Below are positions 18,046-28,520 of a stretch of DNA of 64,000 bases, piece after piece. The DNA is taken from the NCBI GenBank assembly GCA_963668175.1, contig OY764159.1, positions 3,680,001 to 3,744,000 on the forward strand. The letters are read 5' to 3'. The DNA comes from Syntrophales bacterium (GTDB lineage: Bacteria > Desulfobacterota > Syntrophia > Syntrophales > PHBD01). Every line of letters begins with the position of its first letter. Position 1 is the stretch's first letter. The translations under genes were made by a program, and so were the position numbers. The notes beneath the pieces are model-generated. The model searched no databases, was not told the origin of the DNA, and worked only from the letters and a program-made list of their open reading frames with translations.

Positions 18046-19254
18046 ATGGATTTCGAGATTACCGACAAGATGAAGGCCATCATTTCCATGATCGACGAGT
18101 TTGTGGATCGGGAGCTGATACCTCTGGAGCCGGAATTCCTTGTCAAGGACTTCTGGGACCTCGTCCCCGTCCTGGCCGAAAAACGCCGGATCGTGCGCCG
18201 GATGGAGTTATGGGCTCCCAATCATCCGCGGGAATACGGAGGAATGGGGCTCGATCTCGTCGAGCACGGGCTTGTCTCGGCATGCCTCGGCCGAACCCCG
18301 CTGGGCCATTATGCCTTCAACTGCCAGGCGCCCGATGCGGGCAATATCGAAATCCTCCACAAATACGGAACCCCGGAGCAGAAGGAGGCCTATCTGCGTC
18401 CCCTGGTCGAGGGTCGCATCCGGAGCTGCTTTTCCATGACGGAGGTGGAGCTTCCGGGCTCCAACCCCGTCATGATGGATGCGACGGCCGTCCGCGACGG
18501 TTCCGACTATGTCATTGACGGACAGAAATGGTACTCCACCGCCGCCGACGGCGCAGCCTTCTCCATCGTCATGGCGATTACCAATCCGGAAGCCCCGCCG
18601 CATCTCAGGGCGAGCATGATCATCGTCCCCACGGGCACCCCCGGCTTCAACCTCGTCAGGAACATCTCCGTCATGGGCCATTCCGGCAGCGACTATTTCA
18701 GCCACGCGGAGATCCTTTTCCAGTCCTGCCGCGTACCGGCGGCCAACCTCCTGGGACCTGAGGGACACGGTTTTGTAATCGCCCAGGAACGGCTCGGACC
18801 AGGGAGAATCCATCATTGCATGCGCTGGATCGGAGTCTGCCAGCGGGCTTTCGATCTCATGTGCCAACGGGCGCGAAGCAGGGCCATCACCCCGGACGGC
18901 AAGACCCTGGCAACCAGGCAGATCATCCAGTCATGGATCGCCGAGTCGGCGGCGGAAATCCGCGCCGCCCGCCTCATGACCCTCAACGCCGCCTGGACAA
19001 TCGAAAAGCAGGGCGCCAAGGCGGCCCGCGTGGATATCTCCCTCATCAAATTCTTCGTCGCTTCCGTGATGATGAAAGTCCTGGACCGCGCTCTCCAGGT
19101 GCACGGCGGCCTGGGCATGACCGACGATACGATCGTCGCCTTCTTTTACCGGCACGAACGGGCGGCACGCATCTATGACGGCGCCGACGAGGTCCACAAA
19201 GTCAATGCCGCCCGGCAAATCCTGAAGGGATACGAGGGAAGGAACGTTCGCTGA
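18046..19254 (+). CDS. Acyl-CoA dehydrogenase, ACAD10/11 (FadE2/LvaC-like) subfamily
   Basis: FNCQAPDAGNIEIL, AQERLGPGRIHHCMR, RIYDGADEVH (Asp at the usual catalytic Glu position). Confidence 0.92.
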   Translation: MDFEITDKMKAIISMIDEFVDRELIPLEPEFLVKDFWDLVPVLAEKRRIVRRMELWAPNHPREYGGMGLDLVEHGLVSACLGRTPLGHYAFNCQAPDAGNIEILHKYGTPEQKEAYLRPLVEGRIRSCFSMTEVELPGSNPVMMDATAVRDGSDYVIDGQKWYSTAADGAAFSIVMAITNPEAPPHLRASMIIVPTGTPGFNLVRNISVMGHSGSDYFSHAEILFQSCRVPAANLLGPEGHGFVIAQERLGPGRIHHCMRWIGVCQRAFDLMCQRARSRAITPDGKTLATRQIIQSWIAESAAEIRAARLMTLNAAWTIEKQGAKAARVDISLIKFFVASVMMKVLDRALQVHGGLGMTDDTIVAFFYRHERAARIYDGADEVHKVNAARQILKGYEGRNVR

Positions 19255-19255
19255 C

Positions 19256-19936
19256 ATGACCTTCGAAGATTTCAAAAAGATGGTTTCCGTCTCCAAGGAG
19301 GAGATCTGCCGTGAGATCCTGGAGGCGAACCGCGACAAGATCAAGGTGAAGAAAGAAAAGAAAGTCGTGGAGAACCTGGTGAAGATTTTCGATGCCACAC
19401 TGGATATCAGCAACCGTGAAGGGTTCAGCAACATGACGGTCAGGAACTTAAGCAGAAAGTCCGGCCTCAGTATGGGTGCTCTCTATTCGTATTTCTCCAA
19501 TAAGGATGAATTGCTTACGATGATCCAGACCCAGGGGCGGGAAACGAGCCGGCGGGTCCTCGAATCCCAGGTCGCCCCGATCGACGGCCCCAGGAGGAAG
19601 CTGCACCGGGCCATCCAGTGCCACCTTTATCTCAGCGAGGTCATGCAGCCCTGGTTTTATTTCTCCTATATCGAGGCCAGGAATTTGAGTAAACCGGAGC
19701 AAAAACGGGCCATCGCCAGCGAATTGGAAGCAGAGGCCGTTTTTCGGGACATTATGACAGAGGGCATCCGTCAGGGGGTTTACGCTGAAAAGGACACCTC
19801 ACTTCCAGCATCGGTTCTGAAGGCGATGCTGCAGGACTGGTACGTGAAACGATGGAAGTACAAACAGAGGGCGATATCCATCGATACGTATGCGGACTTC
19901 GTCATCGACTTTCTCGAGACCTACCTGAAAAAATGA
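19256..19936 (+). CDS. TetR family transcriptional regulator
   Basis: GFSNMTVRNLSRKSGLSMGALYSYFSNKDELL HTH. Confidence 0.92.
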   Translation: MTFEDFKKMVSVSKEEICREILEANRDKIKVKKEKKVVENLVKIFDATLDISNREGFSNMTVRNLSRKSGLSMGALYSYFSNKDELLTMIQTQGRETSRRVLESQVAPIDGPRRKLHRAIQCHLYLSEVMQPWFYFSYIEARNLSKPEQKRAIASELEAEAVFRDIMTEGIRQGVYAEKDTSLPASVLKAMLQDWYVKRWKYKQRAISIDTYADFVIDFLETYLKK

Positions 19937-20074
19937 CGGATTCAAGGGTGAACGGCATCTTTGTACAGAGAGTGCATCGTATAATGATAGGCGAAAGAGA
20001 ATAAGCGCGTATAGAGGCGAAAAAGACTTTTCCATCACGGTTTTAAAAAGAAACAACCAGGAGACGGTTGAACC

Positions 20075-21151
20075 ATGAAAAAGCAATGGACCGACGAGGC
20101 TGCATCCGTCAGGACCGATGAAGGCCTCGATGCGAAAAAGATCGGGGCTTTCCTGAAGGACACGATCCCCGGCCTGGACGGCGATATGGTCATCCGGCAG
20201 TTTCCCAGCGGTTATTCGAACCTGACGTACCTCATCACGGGGCAGGGGTGGGAGCTGGTCCTGAGAAGACCGCCCTTCGGCAAAAAGGCAAAAACAGCCC
20301 ATGACATGGGACGGGAATACCGGATGCTCACAGCCCTGAAGCCCGTTTTTCCCTACTGCCCGACACCCCTGGCCTATACGGAGGACGAATCCGTCATCGG
20401 CTCCCCATTCTATGTCATGGAGAGAATCCGGGGCATTATCCTTCGGAAGGAACTGCCTAAAGGCATGACGATTTCCCCTTCCGATATGGCGGCCCTGTGC
20501 GACGAACTGCTCCGCATCCATGCCGAACTCCACGCTGTGGATTACCGCAAGATCGGCCTTGAAGATTTCGGCAGGCCGGACGGATACGCGGAGAGACAGG
20601 TTGCGGGCTGGAGCAGCCGCTTTCGCGAGGCAAGGACGCCCGATGCGCCCGACTTTGAAACCGTCATGTCCTGGCTGAAAGAGAGTATCCCGCCGGTATC
20701 GGCCCCGCCTTCCCTCATTCACAACGATTATAAATTCGACAACGTGGTCCTCGATCCGGACAATCCCCTCAAAATCATCGGCGTGCTTGACTGGGAAATG
20801 GCGACCATCGGCGATCCCCTGATGGATCTGGGAAGCTCCCTGGCCTACTGGGTCGAGAAAGGGGACCCCGAAACGATGGAGATGATACGCACTCTGCCGT
20901 CCAATATCGACGGCGCCCCGACGAGAAAAGAGCTCGTCGCGCGCTATGTCGAACAGTCCGGCCTCAACGTCGACCGTTTCGATTTTTATTATTGCTTCGG
21001 TCTCTTCCGTCTGGCCGTAATCGCACAACAGATATACTACCGTTTTTACCACGGCCAGACCAAAGATGATCGCTTCGGCATGCTTGTCGTCGCCGTGAAA
21101 ATCCTGGAGAAGCTGGCGCTGAAAGTGATCGACAGGCCGGGAAGCTGGTGA
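20075..21151 (+). CDS. APH-family phosphotransferase (ACAD10/11 kinase domain / LvaA-like)
   Basis: SGYSNLTY, LRRPPFG..AHDMGREY, HNDYKFDN, LDWEMATIGDPLMDLG. Confidence 0.92.
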   Translation: MKKQWTDEAASVRTDEGLDAKKIGAFLKDTIPGLDGDMVIRQFPSGYSNLTYLITGQGWELVLRRPPFGKKAKTAHDMGREYRMLTALKPVFPYCPTPLAYTEDESVIGSPFYVMERIRGIILRKELPKGMTISPSDMAALCDELLRIHAELHAVDYRKIGLEDFGRPDGYAERQVAGWSSRFREARTPDAPDFETVMSWLKESIPPVSAPPSLIHNDYKFDNVVLDPDNPLKIIGVLDWEMATIGDPLMDLGSSLAYWVEKGDPETMEMIRTLPSNIDGAPTRKELVARYVEQSGLNVDRFDFYYCFGLFRLAVIAQQIYYRFYHGQTKDDRFGMLVVAVKILEKLALKVIDRPGSW

Positions 21152-21249
21152 TACCGGACCATACGATTCGGTTGCTCAGCCAATTCCGAAGGAGCCCGCA
21201 TCGTCACCGTCTTCCGCATGACAGAACAAACCAGTGAAAGGGGAACAAT

Positions 21250-22008
21250 ATGATTCAATTTTCTTTGAAGGACAAAGTGGCTCTGATTACCGGGGCCAGC
21301 CGGGGTATCGGCGAGGCAATAGCCCTGACCCTGGCGGAATATGGTGCTGAATGCGTTCTCGTCGGCAGAAAGATCGATGCCCTGCAAACCGTTGCCGACG
21401 GCATCGTCCGGAAGGGAGGCAAGGCCCACCCCATGGCCTGCAACATGGGCGACATGAAACAGATCGACAACCTCATCGGCGAAATGAAGGAGAAATTCGG
21501 TAAGCTTGACATACTCGTCAACAACGCAGCGACCAATCCTTTTTTCGGAGAGATGGTGAACGCGGACGAAGGGGTTTGGGACAAGATCAACGACGTCAAC
21601 ATTAAAGGACCGTTCTTCATGATTCAGAAGGTTGTCCCCCTCATGACCGCCGCGGGAGGAGGAGCCGTCGTCAACGTATCGTCGGTGAACGGAATACGGT
21701 CCGGCATATTCCAGGGAATCTATTCCATCACCAAGGCGGCGCTGATCTCCATGACACAGGCCTACGCCAAGGAACTGGCCGGAAAGAACATCCGCGTCAA
21801 TGCCCTTCTTCCAGGCCTCACGGACACGAAGTTCTCCAAAGCGCTGATCGACAACGAATTCATCCACAAGGAGATCGTGAAAATGATCCCTCTGGGACGG
21901 GTGGCGAAACCGATGGATATGGCCGGAGCCGTCCTCTACCTGGTTTCGGATGCTTCATCCTATACAACGGGTGCGTGCCTGACTTGCGATGGCGGGTTCC
22001 TGGCTTGA
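21250..22008 (+). CDS. Short-chain dehydrogenase/reductase
   Basis: TGASRGIG, NNAATNP, YSITK, NALLPG. Confidence 0.95.
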   Translation: MIQFSLKDKVALITGASRGIGEAIALTLAEYGAECVLVGRKIDALQTVADGIVRKGGKAHPMACNMGDMKQIDNLIGEMKEKFGKLDILVNNAATNPFFGEMVNADEGVWDKINDVNIKGPFFMIQKVVPLMTAAGGGAVVNVSSVNGIRSGIFQGIYSITKAALISMTQAYAKELAGKNIRVNALLPGLTDTKFSKALIDNEFIHKEIVKMIPLGRVAKPMDMAGAVLYLVSDASSYTTGACLTCDGGFLA

Positions 22009-22160
22009 CCGATGCGGGGGAAAGAACTACCGGCGGTTGTATTAATCCTTATCCGATATTTTGGTCTGCACCCCAGATGCTGCCTGGGGTGCAGTTCTTT
22101 TCCAGTTCTGAACCTTCTTCGACTAAGTATCCTTTTTTATCCAGAGATTTTAAAACTTCA

Positions 22161-22535
22161 CTACTCCGATGCAATCGCGTCTTCAAAAGCAGCCAGGATC
22201 TTGGGAAGCACGACATTCAGCACAAGCCCCAACTTTGCCTTCTCGGTATTGACGGCAACCGCCCACTGGTACTCGCCGCACGGCATGATTAAGACGCCGA
22301 CATCGCCTTCGAGATCCAGGTAATAGAAACGCCGGAGAGGGGCATACCCTTGGGCCAAGGCTTTTTTAATAGAGTTGGTAATTTCGGTCGTCAGCGAGGC
22401 CGCCCCTGCTTTGGTCGATCCCACTGAAACCAAGGGCTGGGCGTCCTTCAGCGACAGAATAGTCGATGCAATCAACCCGTCTCCCAAATCCTCTTTCAAA
22501 ATCGCCAAACAGTTATTCAACTTCTTGATATTCAT
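22161..22535 (-). CDS. Small roadblock/LC7-like hypothetical protein
   Basis: AGGAG RBS; alpha/beta pattern ending AKLGLVL typical of roadblock folds. Confidence 0.6.
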   Translation of the reverse strand: MNIKKLNNCLAILKEDLGDGLIASTILSLKDAQPLVSVGSTKAGAASLTTEITNSIKKALAQGYAPLRRFYYLDLEGDVGVLIMPCGEYQWAVAVNTEKAKLGLVLNVVLPKILAAFEDAIASE

Positions 22536-23256
22536 ATCTGTCTCCTTTACACCAATAATAATATAAACAACCTACGAAACTGATTCTATGAGCCTCTTTT
22601 ACAAGTTAACTGCCGGTTTAATGGAAAAGTAGGATGAAACCTCGTTCTTTTTGCGTTGACATTGAATTTCACCGTGCTGTTTGAAAAAGATTTATTCTAA
22701 GCATTGTCTGCGGAATCGTGACGGACACCCCGGATGGACGGTTGGAAGTCACTCGTTGTTGCTTTGATACCATGCAAGATTGGAACATGTACAAAACAGC
22801 CAAAAAAGATCCTGTCACTTGCCGTCTGCCTAGATAGTTTGCCCCTGCTCTCTGCAAAGCAATGTATTACATAATTTTATATTATAGTCAATAGCCTGTT
22901 TTCAATATCTTATATGGAGATGGTGAATCGTTGGGATAAGATAAGAGGGATCGATGATCGCCGACATCTTTGGTGATGTTGGATCTAAGCCACCAAGTTC
23001 ATAATACAATTCATTTTTTCGAAAGTTTCCCGCATCGTGCCGACTCATCAAAGCCGGCAACTGCGGAGTCCGACCTTAGAACGCCGGCCTCGCGGCAAGG
23101 CACGGATACGGTGAATCGTTCCCCGGCAAAGTATCGTAACTGAAGCGCAGGTTGAAAGAAGCAAACGACCCGGCAGCAGCGTTACATCGGATGTTTTGTC
23201 CCCGGAATACGGAAAGTGACTTTCGGATACGGCGATAAGGAAGGTGACATAGGGTT

Positions 23257-25416
23257 CTAATTGTTCGCCAGTTTAAAGCCTCTCTCCCTGAACAATCTAA
23301 GACAGGCATCGACGACGTCCCGGTCGTACAAGGTCCCCCTGTTCAATTCGATTTCCTGGAGGGCGGTCTCGATCCCCAGCGCGGGCCGGTAGGGACGATG
23401 GGAGCAGATGGCTTCCACCACATCGGCCAGGGCCAGGATACGGGCATCCAGCAGGATGTCATCGCCGGTCAGCCCGCTGGGGTAGCCGGAACCGTCCAAT
23501 CTTTCGTGATGTTCCAGCACCATCCTGGCGATGGGCCAGGGGAATTCGATGCTTTTCAGTATATCGTACCCGGCCCGCGGATGTTCTTCAACCATCCGGA
23601 ATTCGATCTCCGTCAATTTTGTCGGCCTGCTGAGAATCTCCGCGGGAACGGAGATCTTGCCGATGTCGTGAATCATGCTCGCCAGGCGGATGCCGTCGAT
23701 CCGATGGCTGTCCAGGTTCATCTCCTTGGCAATCGCCCTTGCCAGATCGGCCACCCGCTTCTGGTGGTCCGCCGTATAGGGATCTCTCGTGCTCACGGCC
23801 ACGGACATGGCCTGGATGGTTCCGCGAAGCGTATTCCGCAGCGTTTCCAAGGTTTCGGTGACCTGGTTCTCGGCGCGGCGTCGGTCCGTAATGTCGCGGG
23901 CCACAGCCTGCATACCTCCGATCTGTCCACCGCTTCGGAGCAACTGGACGCTCTGGCCGAACCACATTTCCCGTCCGTCTTTGGCCGTAATGGCGACTTC
24001 ATAATACGTATTCGGAATGCCCTCCTGAAACTGCCGCAGATAAAAGGCCTCCACCTCTTCCTTTTGATCTTCCTTGATGAATTCCAGGAAATGTTTCCCG
24101 ATGAACTCCTTTTCCGCATAGCCCGTTATCCTTAAGGCGAAGGGATTGATATAACTGAACCTGCCGTTGATATCGGTTCTGTAAATGATATCGTTGGCAT
24201 CTTCTACAAGCTGGCGGTATCTGCTCTCACTTTGACGCAAGGCTTCTTCAGCCTTCCTGCGTTCGGTCACGTCCAGGAAGGAAACAGCCACTTTCTTCAT
24301 CCCTGGAATGGCAGCCACATTGATAATCGTATCCTTGACATCGCCGCATTTGGTGATGAATTTGATCTCGTGACTGACAGGGACATCCTTTTCTCCGGCG
24401 AAACGTTTCCGGTTGCTCGCAATCAGTTTCTCCACGTCCTCTTTCGCTATCAGATCGGTCCACTTCTTGTTGCCGATGATCTCCGTCTTGGTGTAGCCGG
24501 TGAATCTCTCACAAGCCGAATTTCCCATGACAATCGTCGCATCCTCATCGGCAATCCCAATGGCCGTAGCGGAATTCTCGAAGATGGTTTTGTAATAGGC
24601 TTCCGATTCGCGGAGCATCTCTTCTGCCCGCATGCGCTCGCTGATATCGGTGAAAGTCAGTTGAAGCTGAAACGGCACGCCGTCTTTTTTCAGGATCGTT
24701 GTCTTCAGATCAACCCACAACAGCGTTCCATCCTTGCAGGCAACTTGGATTTCCGAAGTCCGGTGTCGATCTCCCGCCAGACGGGCGGCAAGCCGTTCCA
24801 GCAGCTTTTGCCTCGTTTCTTCAGCAAAAAAACCGATAACCAGGCCGTTTTTCCCTACCAATTCCTCCCTTGTCCATCCGGTCTTTTCTTCAATATGCCG
24901 ATTGACGAACCGGATATTGCCGGATAGATCCGTAACGCAGAAGCCCATCGGCGCGTCTTCGATAAAATTGATGTAACTTTCAACATTCTCATTCAACGTC
25001 CGCTCCATCTCTTTATCGGTGGTCATATCGATCATCACCCCGATCCAGCCTATAAAACAACCATTGTCCGTCAGCGGGCGGGCGGATGTACGCATGGGCA
25101 AAGACGTGCCGTTTTTGACGACAAACCGGAATTCGAAAGGGGCTGGATCGCCGGCCGATATTCTTTCAAGGCTGGCCCGCAGACCCGGAAGATCATCGGG
25201 CTCGGTAAAATCGGCCAGGGGACGGCCAACAACTTCCTTTACGTCGTAAAGCCCCAACCGCTCAATGGCCGGACTGATATAGATCAGACGACCTTCCGGA
25301 TCGAGATAAAAGATGATTTCGTTTAAGATTTCAACCAAGGAGCGGAAGCCTTCTTCCGTTATCGCTAATGGATCTTTTAAACGGCTGGAATCGGCATCCC
25401 GGCAAAATTCTGCCAT
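23257..25416 (-). CDS. Multi-PAS HD-GYP cyclic-dinucleotide phosphodiesterase
   Basis: Four PAS repeats; RDPYTADH, HDIGK, HHERLDGSGYP, HRPYR. Confidence 0.93.
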   Translation of the reverse strand: MAEFCRDADSSRLKDPLAITEEGFRSLVEILNEIIFYLDPEGRLIYISPAIERLGLYDVKEVVGRPLADFTEPDDLPGLRASLERISAGDPAPFEFRFVVKNGTSLPMRTSARPLTDNGCFIGWIGVMIDMTTDKEMERTLNENVESYINFIEDAPMGFCVTDLSGNIRFVNRHIEEKTGWTREELVGKNGLVIGFFAEETRQKLLERLAARLAGDRHRTSEIQVACKDGTLLWVDLKTTILKKDGVPFQLQLTFTDISERMRAEEMLRESEAYYKTIFENSATAIGIADEDATIVMGNSACERFTGYTKTEIIGNKKWTDLIAKEDVEKLIASNRKRFAGEKDVPVSHEIKFITKCGDVKDTIINVAAIPGMKKVAVSFLDVTERRKAEEALRQSESRYRQLVEDANDIIYRTDINGRFSYINPFALRITGYAEKEFIGKHFLEFIKEDQKEEVEAFYLRQFQEGIPNTYYEVAITAKDGREMWFGQSVQLLRSGGQIGGMQAVARDITDRRRAENQVTETLETLRNTLRGTIQAMSVAVSTRDPYTADHQKRVADLARAIAKEMNLDSHRIDGIRLASMIHDIGKISVPAEILSRPTKLTEIEFRMVEEHPRAGYDILKSIEFPWPIARMVLEHHERLDGSGYPSGLTGDDILLDARILALADVVEAICSHRPYRPALGIETALQEIELNRGTLYDRDVVDACLRLFRERGFKLANN

Positions 25417-25729
25417 TGCTTCGTTCCCCCCCAGAGTGCCTTTAATGTGATCAGTTCCCTCGCCTCATACAAGCCGACACGGAAAAGACTCCATACCGAC
25501 GCGGCACAACCGCTTCAAAGCGATCGAGACGGATTGTATGACATTTTCGTAACATTATCGATGGCAATCCGACAATTTTCTGGGAGTTGTATAAATGATA
25601 TCGGGGGCGATGGCAAGGAGATTATCTGTCATACAAAGAGGATGGAATTGCCGGGTGAATCGTTTAAGAGGCTGCCCATCAACATGGGGACCGCGTATGA
25701 TGATGGCGCAGTCGCCAGGCGATATTCGC

Positions 25730-26416
25730 TCATTTCAGAACGATGAGGGCATCCACGGCAACGGGGGCTCCCCGCGACAGAATGATCGGGTTGATGTCGA
25801 CTTCCCTGATCACACGGTTCTCCAAGCCGAGACGCCCTACCCGGATGAGCATATCCGCCAGTTTATCCTTGTCGGCCGGCTCCATGCCTCTTACAGGCCC
25901 TAAAATCCCGTGGCCTTTGATCTCCTCCATCATGCCCAGCGCATCCTGCCTTTCGAGAGGCACCCGGCGGAAAGAGACGTCCTTGAGGATTTCGGTAAAT
26001 ATCCCGCCCAGTCCGAACATCACACAGGGTCCGAACTGGTCGTCCCTGGTCAATCCCATGACAAGCTCACGGCGGCCCTGAATCATCTCCTGGACAAGGA
26101 CACGGCCGCTTGCCCCGTTCATTCGTGCCATGATCGCATCGAAGGCCTCCAGGGCTTCCTCCCTGCTCCGCACATCCACCCGGACCATTCCCTTTTCTGT
26201 TTTATGGGCGATATCAGGGGAACAGCCTTTTACGACCAGGGGATACCCCATCCGGTCGGCGGCTTTGACCATATCGTTTCGGTTTTCAACGAGGAATTCC
26301 CGCGTTACGGGAATCCCGTAAGAGGCGAGAACCTGTTTGGCATCATATTCAGAAAGCGTTTTCCGCCCCGCGCCAAGTGCGTCTGCGATGATCCGGACAG
26401 CGGTCTCTTCACTCAT
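25730..26416 (-). CDS. ADP-forming acyl-CoA synthetase, ATP-grasp (beta) subunit
   Basis: LSEYDAK, GYPLVVK, HKTEKG, FGPCVMFGLGGIFTE, EVDINP. Confidence 0.92.
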   Translation of the reverse strand: MSEETAVRIIADALGAGRKTLSEYDAKQVLASYGIPVTREFLVENRNDMVKAADRMGYPLVVKGCSPDIAHKTEKGMVRVDVRSREEALEAFDAIMARMNGASGRVLVQEMIQGRRELVMGLTRDDQFGPCVMFGLGGIFTEILKDVSFRRVPLERQDALGMMEEIKGHGILGPVRGMEPADKDKLADMLIRVGRLGLENRVIREVDINPIILSRGAPVAVDALIVLK

Positions 26417-27927
26417 GCGGATATCTCCCTTCCCTTGTAATAGGCGTTAACCAGGCCGATCGCCCGGAGGGCGTCTCCGATCTCATCGAAAACCGGTATG
26501 CCCCTGGCAAGGAATGCCTCCCTGGCCTTTCCCAGCATTTCGACGATGTCCATATCGGCAAGCCCCCTCTTCGGATTGGGAAGTACCATTACGACGGGTT
26601 TATCCGTTTCCGAAACGACATCTCCGACGACATCCGCCAATTCCAGGTAGGGCGTTACGGAGGCGACGGTTTTCCCTCCGGCGACGGCAATGGCCTTGTA
26701 ATGATAAAGAAGGCTTATCATGACCTGGAGATGGACTCTTTCGTCTTCGGCAGCCAGCAGGAGGATTTCTTTCAGTGTCCGGGGAGGAACGTAGGGATTC
26801 GCCACGTCGATGGGATTTCCGGCACTCGATCCAGGCCGGGGCAACAAGGCCTCGATACGTCCCCTGAGGTCGGCCGGCAGCGGCGGTATGTCGATACCGG
26901 TGGATTCAGCCTCGTCGCAGGCGGCGACCCCGAGTGCTCCGCCTCCGCCGATAACGGAAATGGACGGGAATACCCTGGGCGGCAGGAGCGCAAAGGCAAG
27001 ACTCGCCTGGGCCATCTCCCGCATATTCCCCACCTGTATCGCCCCGGCTTGCCTGAGAACGGCCGGCCAGATGATCCGGCTTCCGCCCATCGACGCCGTA
27101 TGACTCACGACAGCCCGTTGCCCCGCCTTGGACAGACCGCCTTTCAGCACAATGATGGGCTTCCGCGCGGCTACGGATTTCAGCGCCCGGAAAAAACCGT
27201 CTCCGTCGGCAATCCCTTCCACGTACATGGCAATGACCCGCGTTTCGGCATCTTCGCCCAGGTACGTGAGGAGTTCCGCCTCCCTGAGGTCCGCGCCGTT
27301 GCCGAAGCTGACCACCTTGCTGAACCGGACTCCCATCCATTTCCCCGTATTGGCAAAATCGATGGCCATGCCGCCGCTTTGAGACAGAAAGGCGACAGAT
27401 CCGCTTTCTCTCGACAGGTCGGGACCGGGCATGAACGTGAGGCCGCTTTTTGGACAGTAGATGCCGAAACAATTAGGCCCGATGACCCGGATGCCGCGGA
27501 CGGCAGCCACCCGGATGTCGTTCTCCAGAGTCTCGCCTTCGGCGGTTCCCAACTCGCTGAAACCCGAAGAAATGACCTCGGCGCCGGCCGCCCCTTTCAG
27601 ACGGCAGGCCTCCAAGGCCGCCGGCACCAGACGAGCGGCTACGGCGATCACGGCAAAATCTATCTCCCCGGGAATGTCCTCTATGCTCCTTTGAATAGGA
27701 CACCCGGCGAATTGCCCCCCTTTCGGATTGACCGGAATGAGCTCGCCTTCGAAGCCCATGGACTTCATCGCCATGAAGACGCCGTTGCCGAAACCGACGG
27801 TCCCGCCGTCGGACGACACGCCCACCACGGCGATGCGCCGGGGATGGAAAATACGTTCATAGTCGGTTATCCTCGCCGCCGCTCCGCATTCCGTCGCACC
27901 AACCGCTTCCGAAAATTCAGGCGCCAT
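26413..27927 (-). CDS. ADP-forming acyl-CoA synthetase, CoA-binding (alpha) subunit
   Basis: IAVVGVS, PVNPK, GPNCFG, SQSGG, SHTAS phospho-His, NPID. Confidence 0.92.
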   Translation of the reverse strand: MAPEFSEAVGATECGAAARITDYERIFHPRRIAVVGVSSDGGTVGFGNGVFMAMKSMGFEGELIPVNPKGGQFAGCPIQRSIEDIPGEIDFAVIAVAARLVPAALEACRLKGAAGAEVISSGFSELGTAEGETLENDIRVAAVRGIRVIGPNCFGIYCPKSGLTFMPGPDLSRESGSVAFLSQSGGMAIDFANTGKWMGVRFSKVVSFGNGADLREAELLTYLGEDAETRVIAMYVEGIADGDGFFRALKSVAARKPIIVLKGGLSKAGQRAVVSHTASMGGSRIIWPAVLRQAGAIQVGNMREMAQASLAFALLPPRVFPSISVIGGGGALGVAACDEAESTGIDIPPLPADLRGRIEALLPRPGSSAGNPIDVANPYVPPRTLKEILLLAAEDERVHLQVMISLLYHYKAIAVAGGKTVASVTPYLELADVVGDVVSETDKPVVMVLPNPKRGLADMDIVEMLGKAREAFLARGIPVFDEIGDALRAIGLVNAYYKGREISA

Positions 27928-27964
27928 GATCGATCTCCTTCGGGCGATATTATCTTGTATACTA

Positions 27965-28375
27965 TCATTTCAGATCCTTCAGCATGCGCTCCAGGAGCAA
28001 ACGTTCCTCTATTCGGAACGATGCCATGACTGCATTGTTGACAGCTTCGATTTTTTTAAGGAATTCGTCCCTCAAGGACAAGGCCTTGACCGTGAGATTG
28101 ATATGAACCAGCCGGCGGTCGTCGCTGTCCGCTTGCTTTGCAATCCACCCCGCTTCCGTCATGCGCTCCAGCACGCCGGAGAGCGTGGCGCTGTCCAGTT
28201 GCAGCCGCCGTCCTATTTCCCCGGCAATGAGCCCGTCTTCCTCATAGAGGGCATGAAGGATCAGGCCCTGCAAGGGCGTCAAGCCGAACGGCTGGAGATG
28301 GCCCTTGAAAATCCCGTGCACGCGCTGATTGGCCTTGGCCAGGATGAAGAGGATGACGTGCTCGTAATGGATCAA
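27965..28375 (-). CDS. MarR family regulator
   Basis: GLTPLQ..IL, LDSATLSGVLERM, DRRLVHINLT; GGAGG RBS. Confidence 0.9.
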   Translation of the reverse strand: MIHYEHVILFILAKANQRVHGIFKGHLQPFGLTPLQGLILHALYEEDGLIAGEIGRRLQLDSATLSGVLERMTEAGWIAKQADSDDRRLVHINLTVKALSLRDEFLKKIEAVNNAVMASFRIEERLLLERMLKDLK

Positions 28376-28394
28376 GATGGACCTCCAAAATTGT

Positions 28395-28404
28395 TAGTAT
28401 ACTA
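28395..28404. promoter_or_regulatory. Candidate MarR operator
   Basis: Palindrome TAGTATACTA 20 nt upstream of the marR-family start. Confidence 0.5.
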
Positions 28405-28450
28405 GATAATTGTATCCGACATCGCGTGTCAAGAAATTTCTCTCAAAAGC

Positions 28451-28487
28451 AAAAAAAAGACCGCCGGGACCGTTCCCGGCGGTCTTT
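28451..28487 (-). terminator. Intrinsic terminator downstream of the rhodanese gene
   Basis: GACCGCCGGGA/TCCCGGCGGTC stem with A8 on + strand (U-tract on -). Confidence 0.85.
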
Positions 28488-28520
28488 GATCGTTAGGATG
28501 AGTTTCTGTCTTGTCGGACG

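Noticed and set aside
22790..22860. Minus-strand GGCAAAC suggesting a c-di-GMP-I riboswitch
   Set aside because: No GNRA-capped stem or GACGCAAA junction follows
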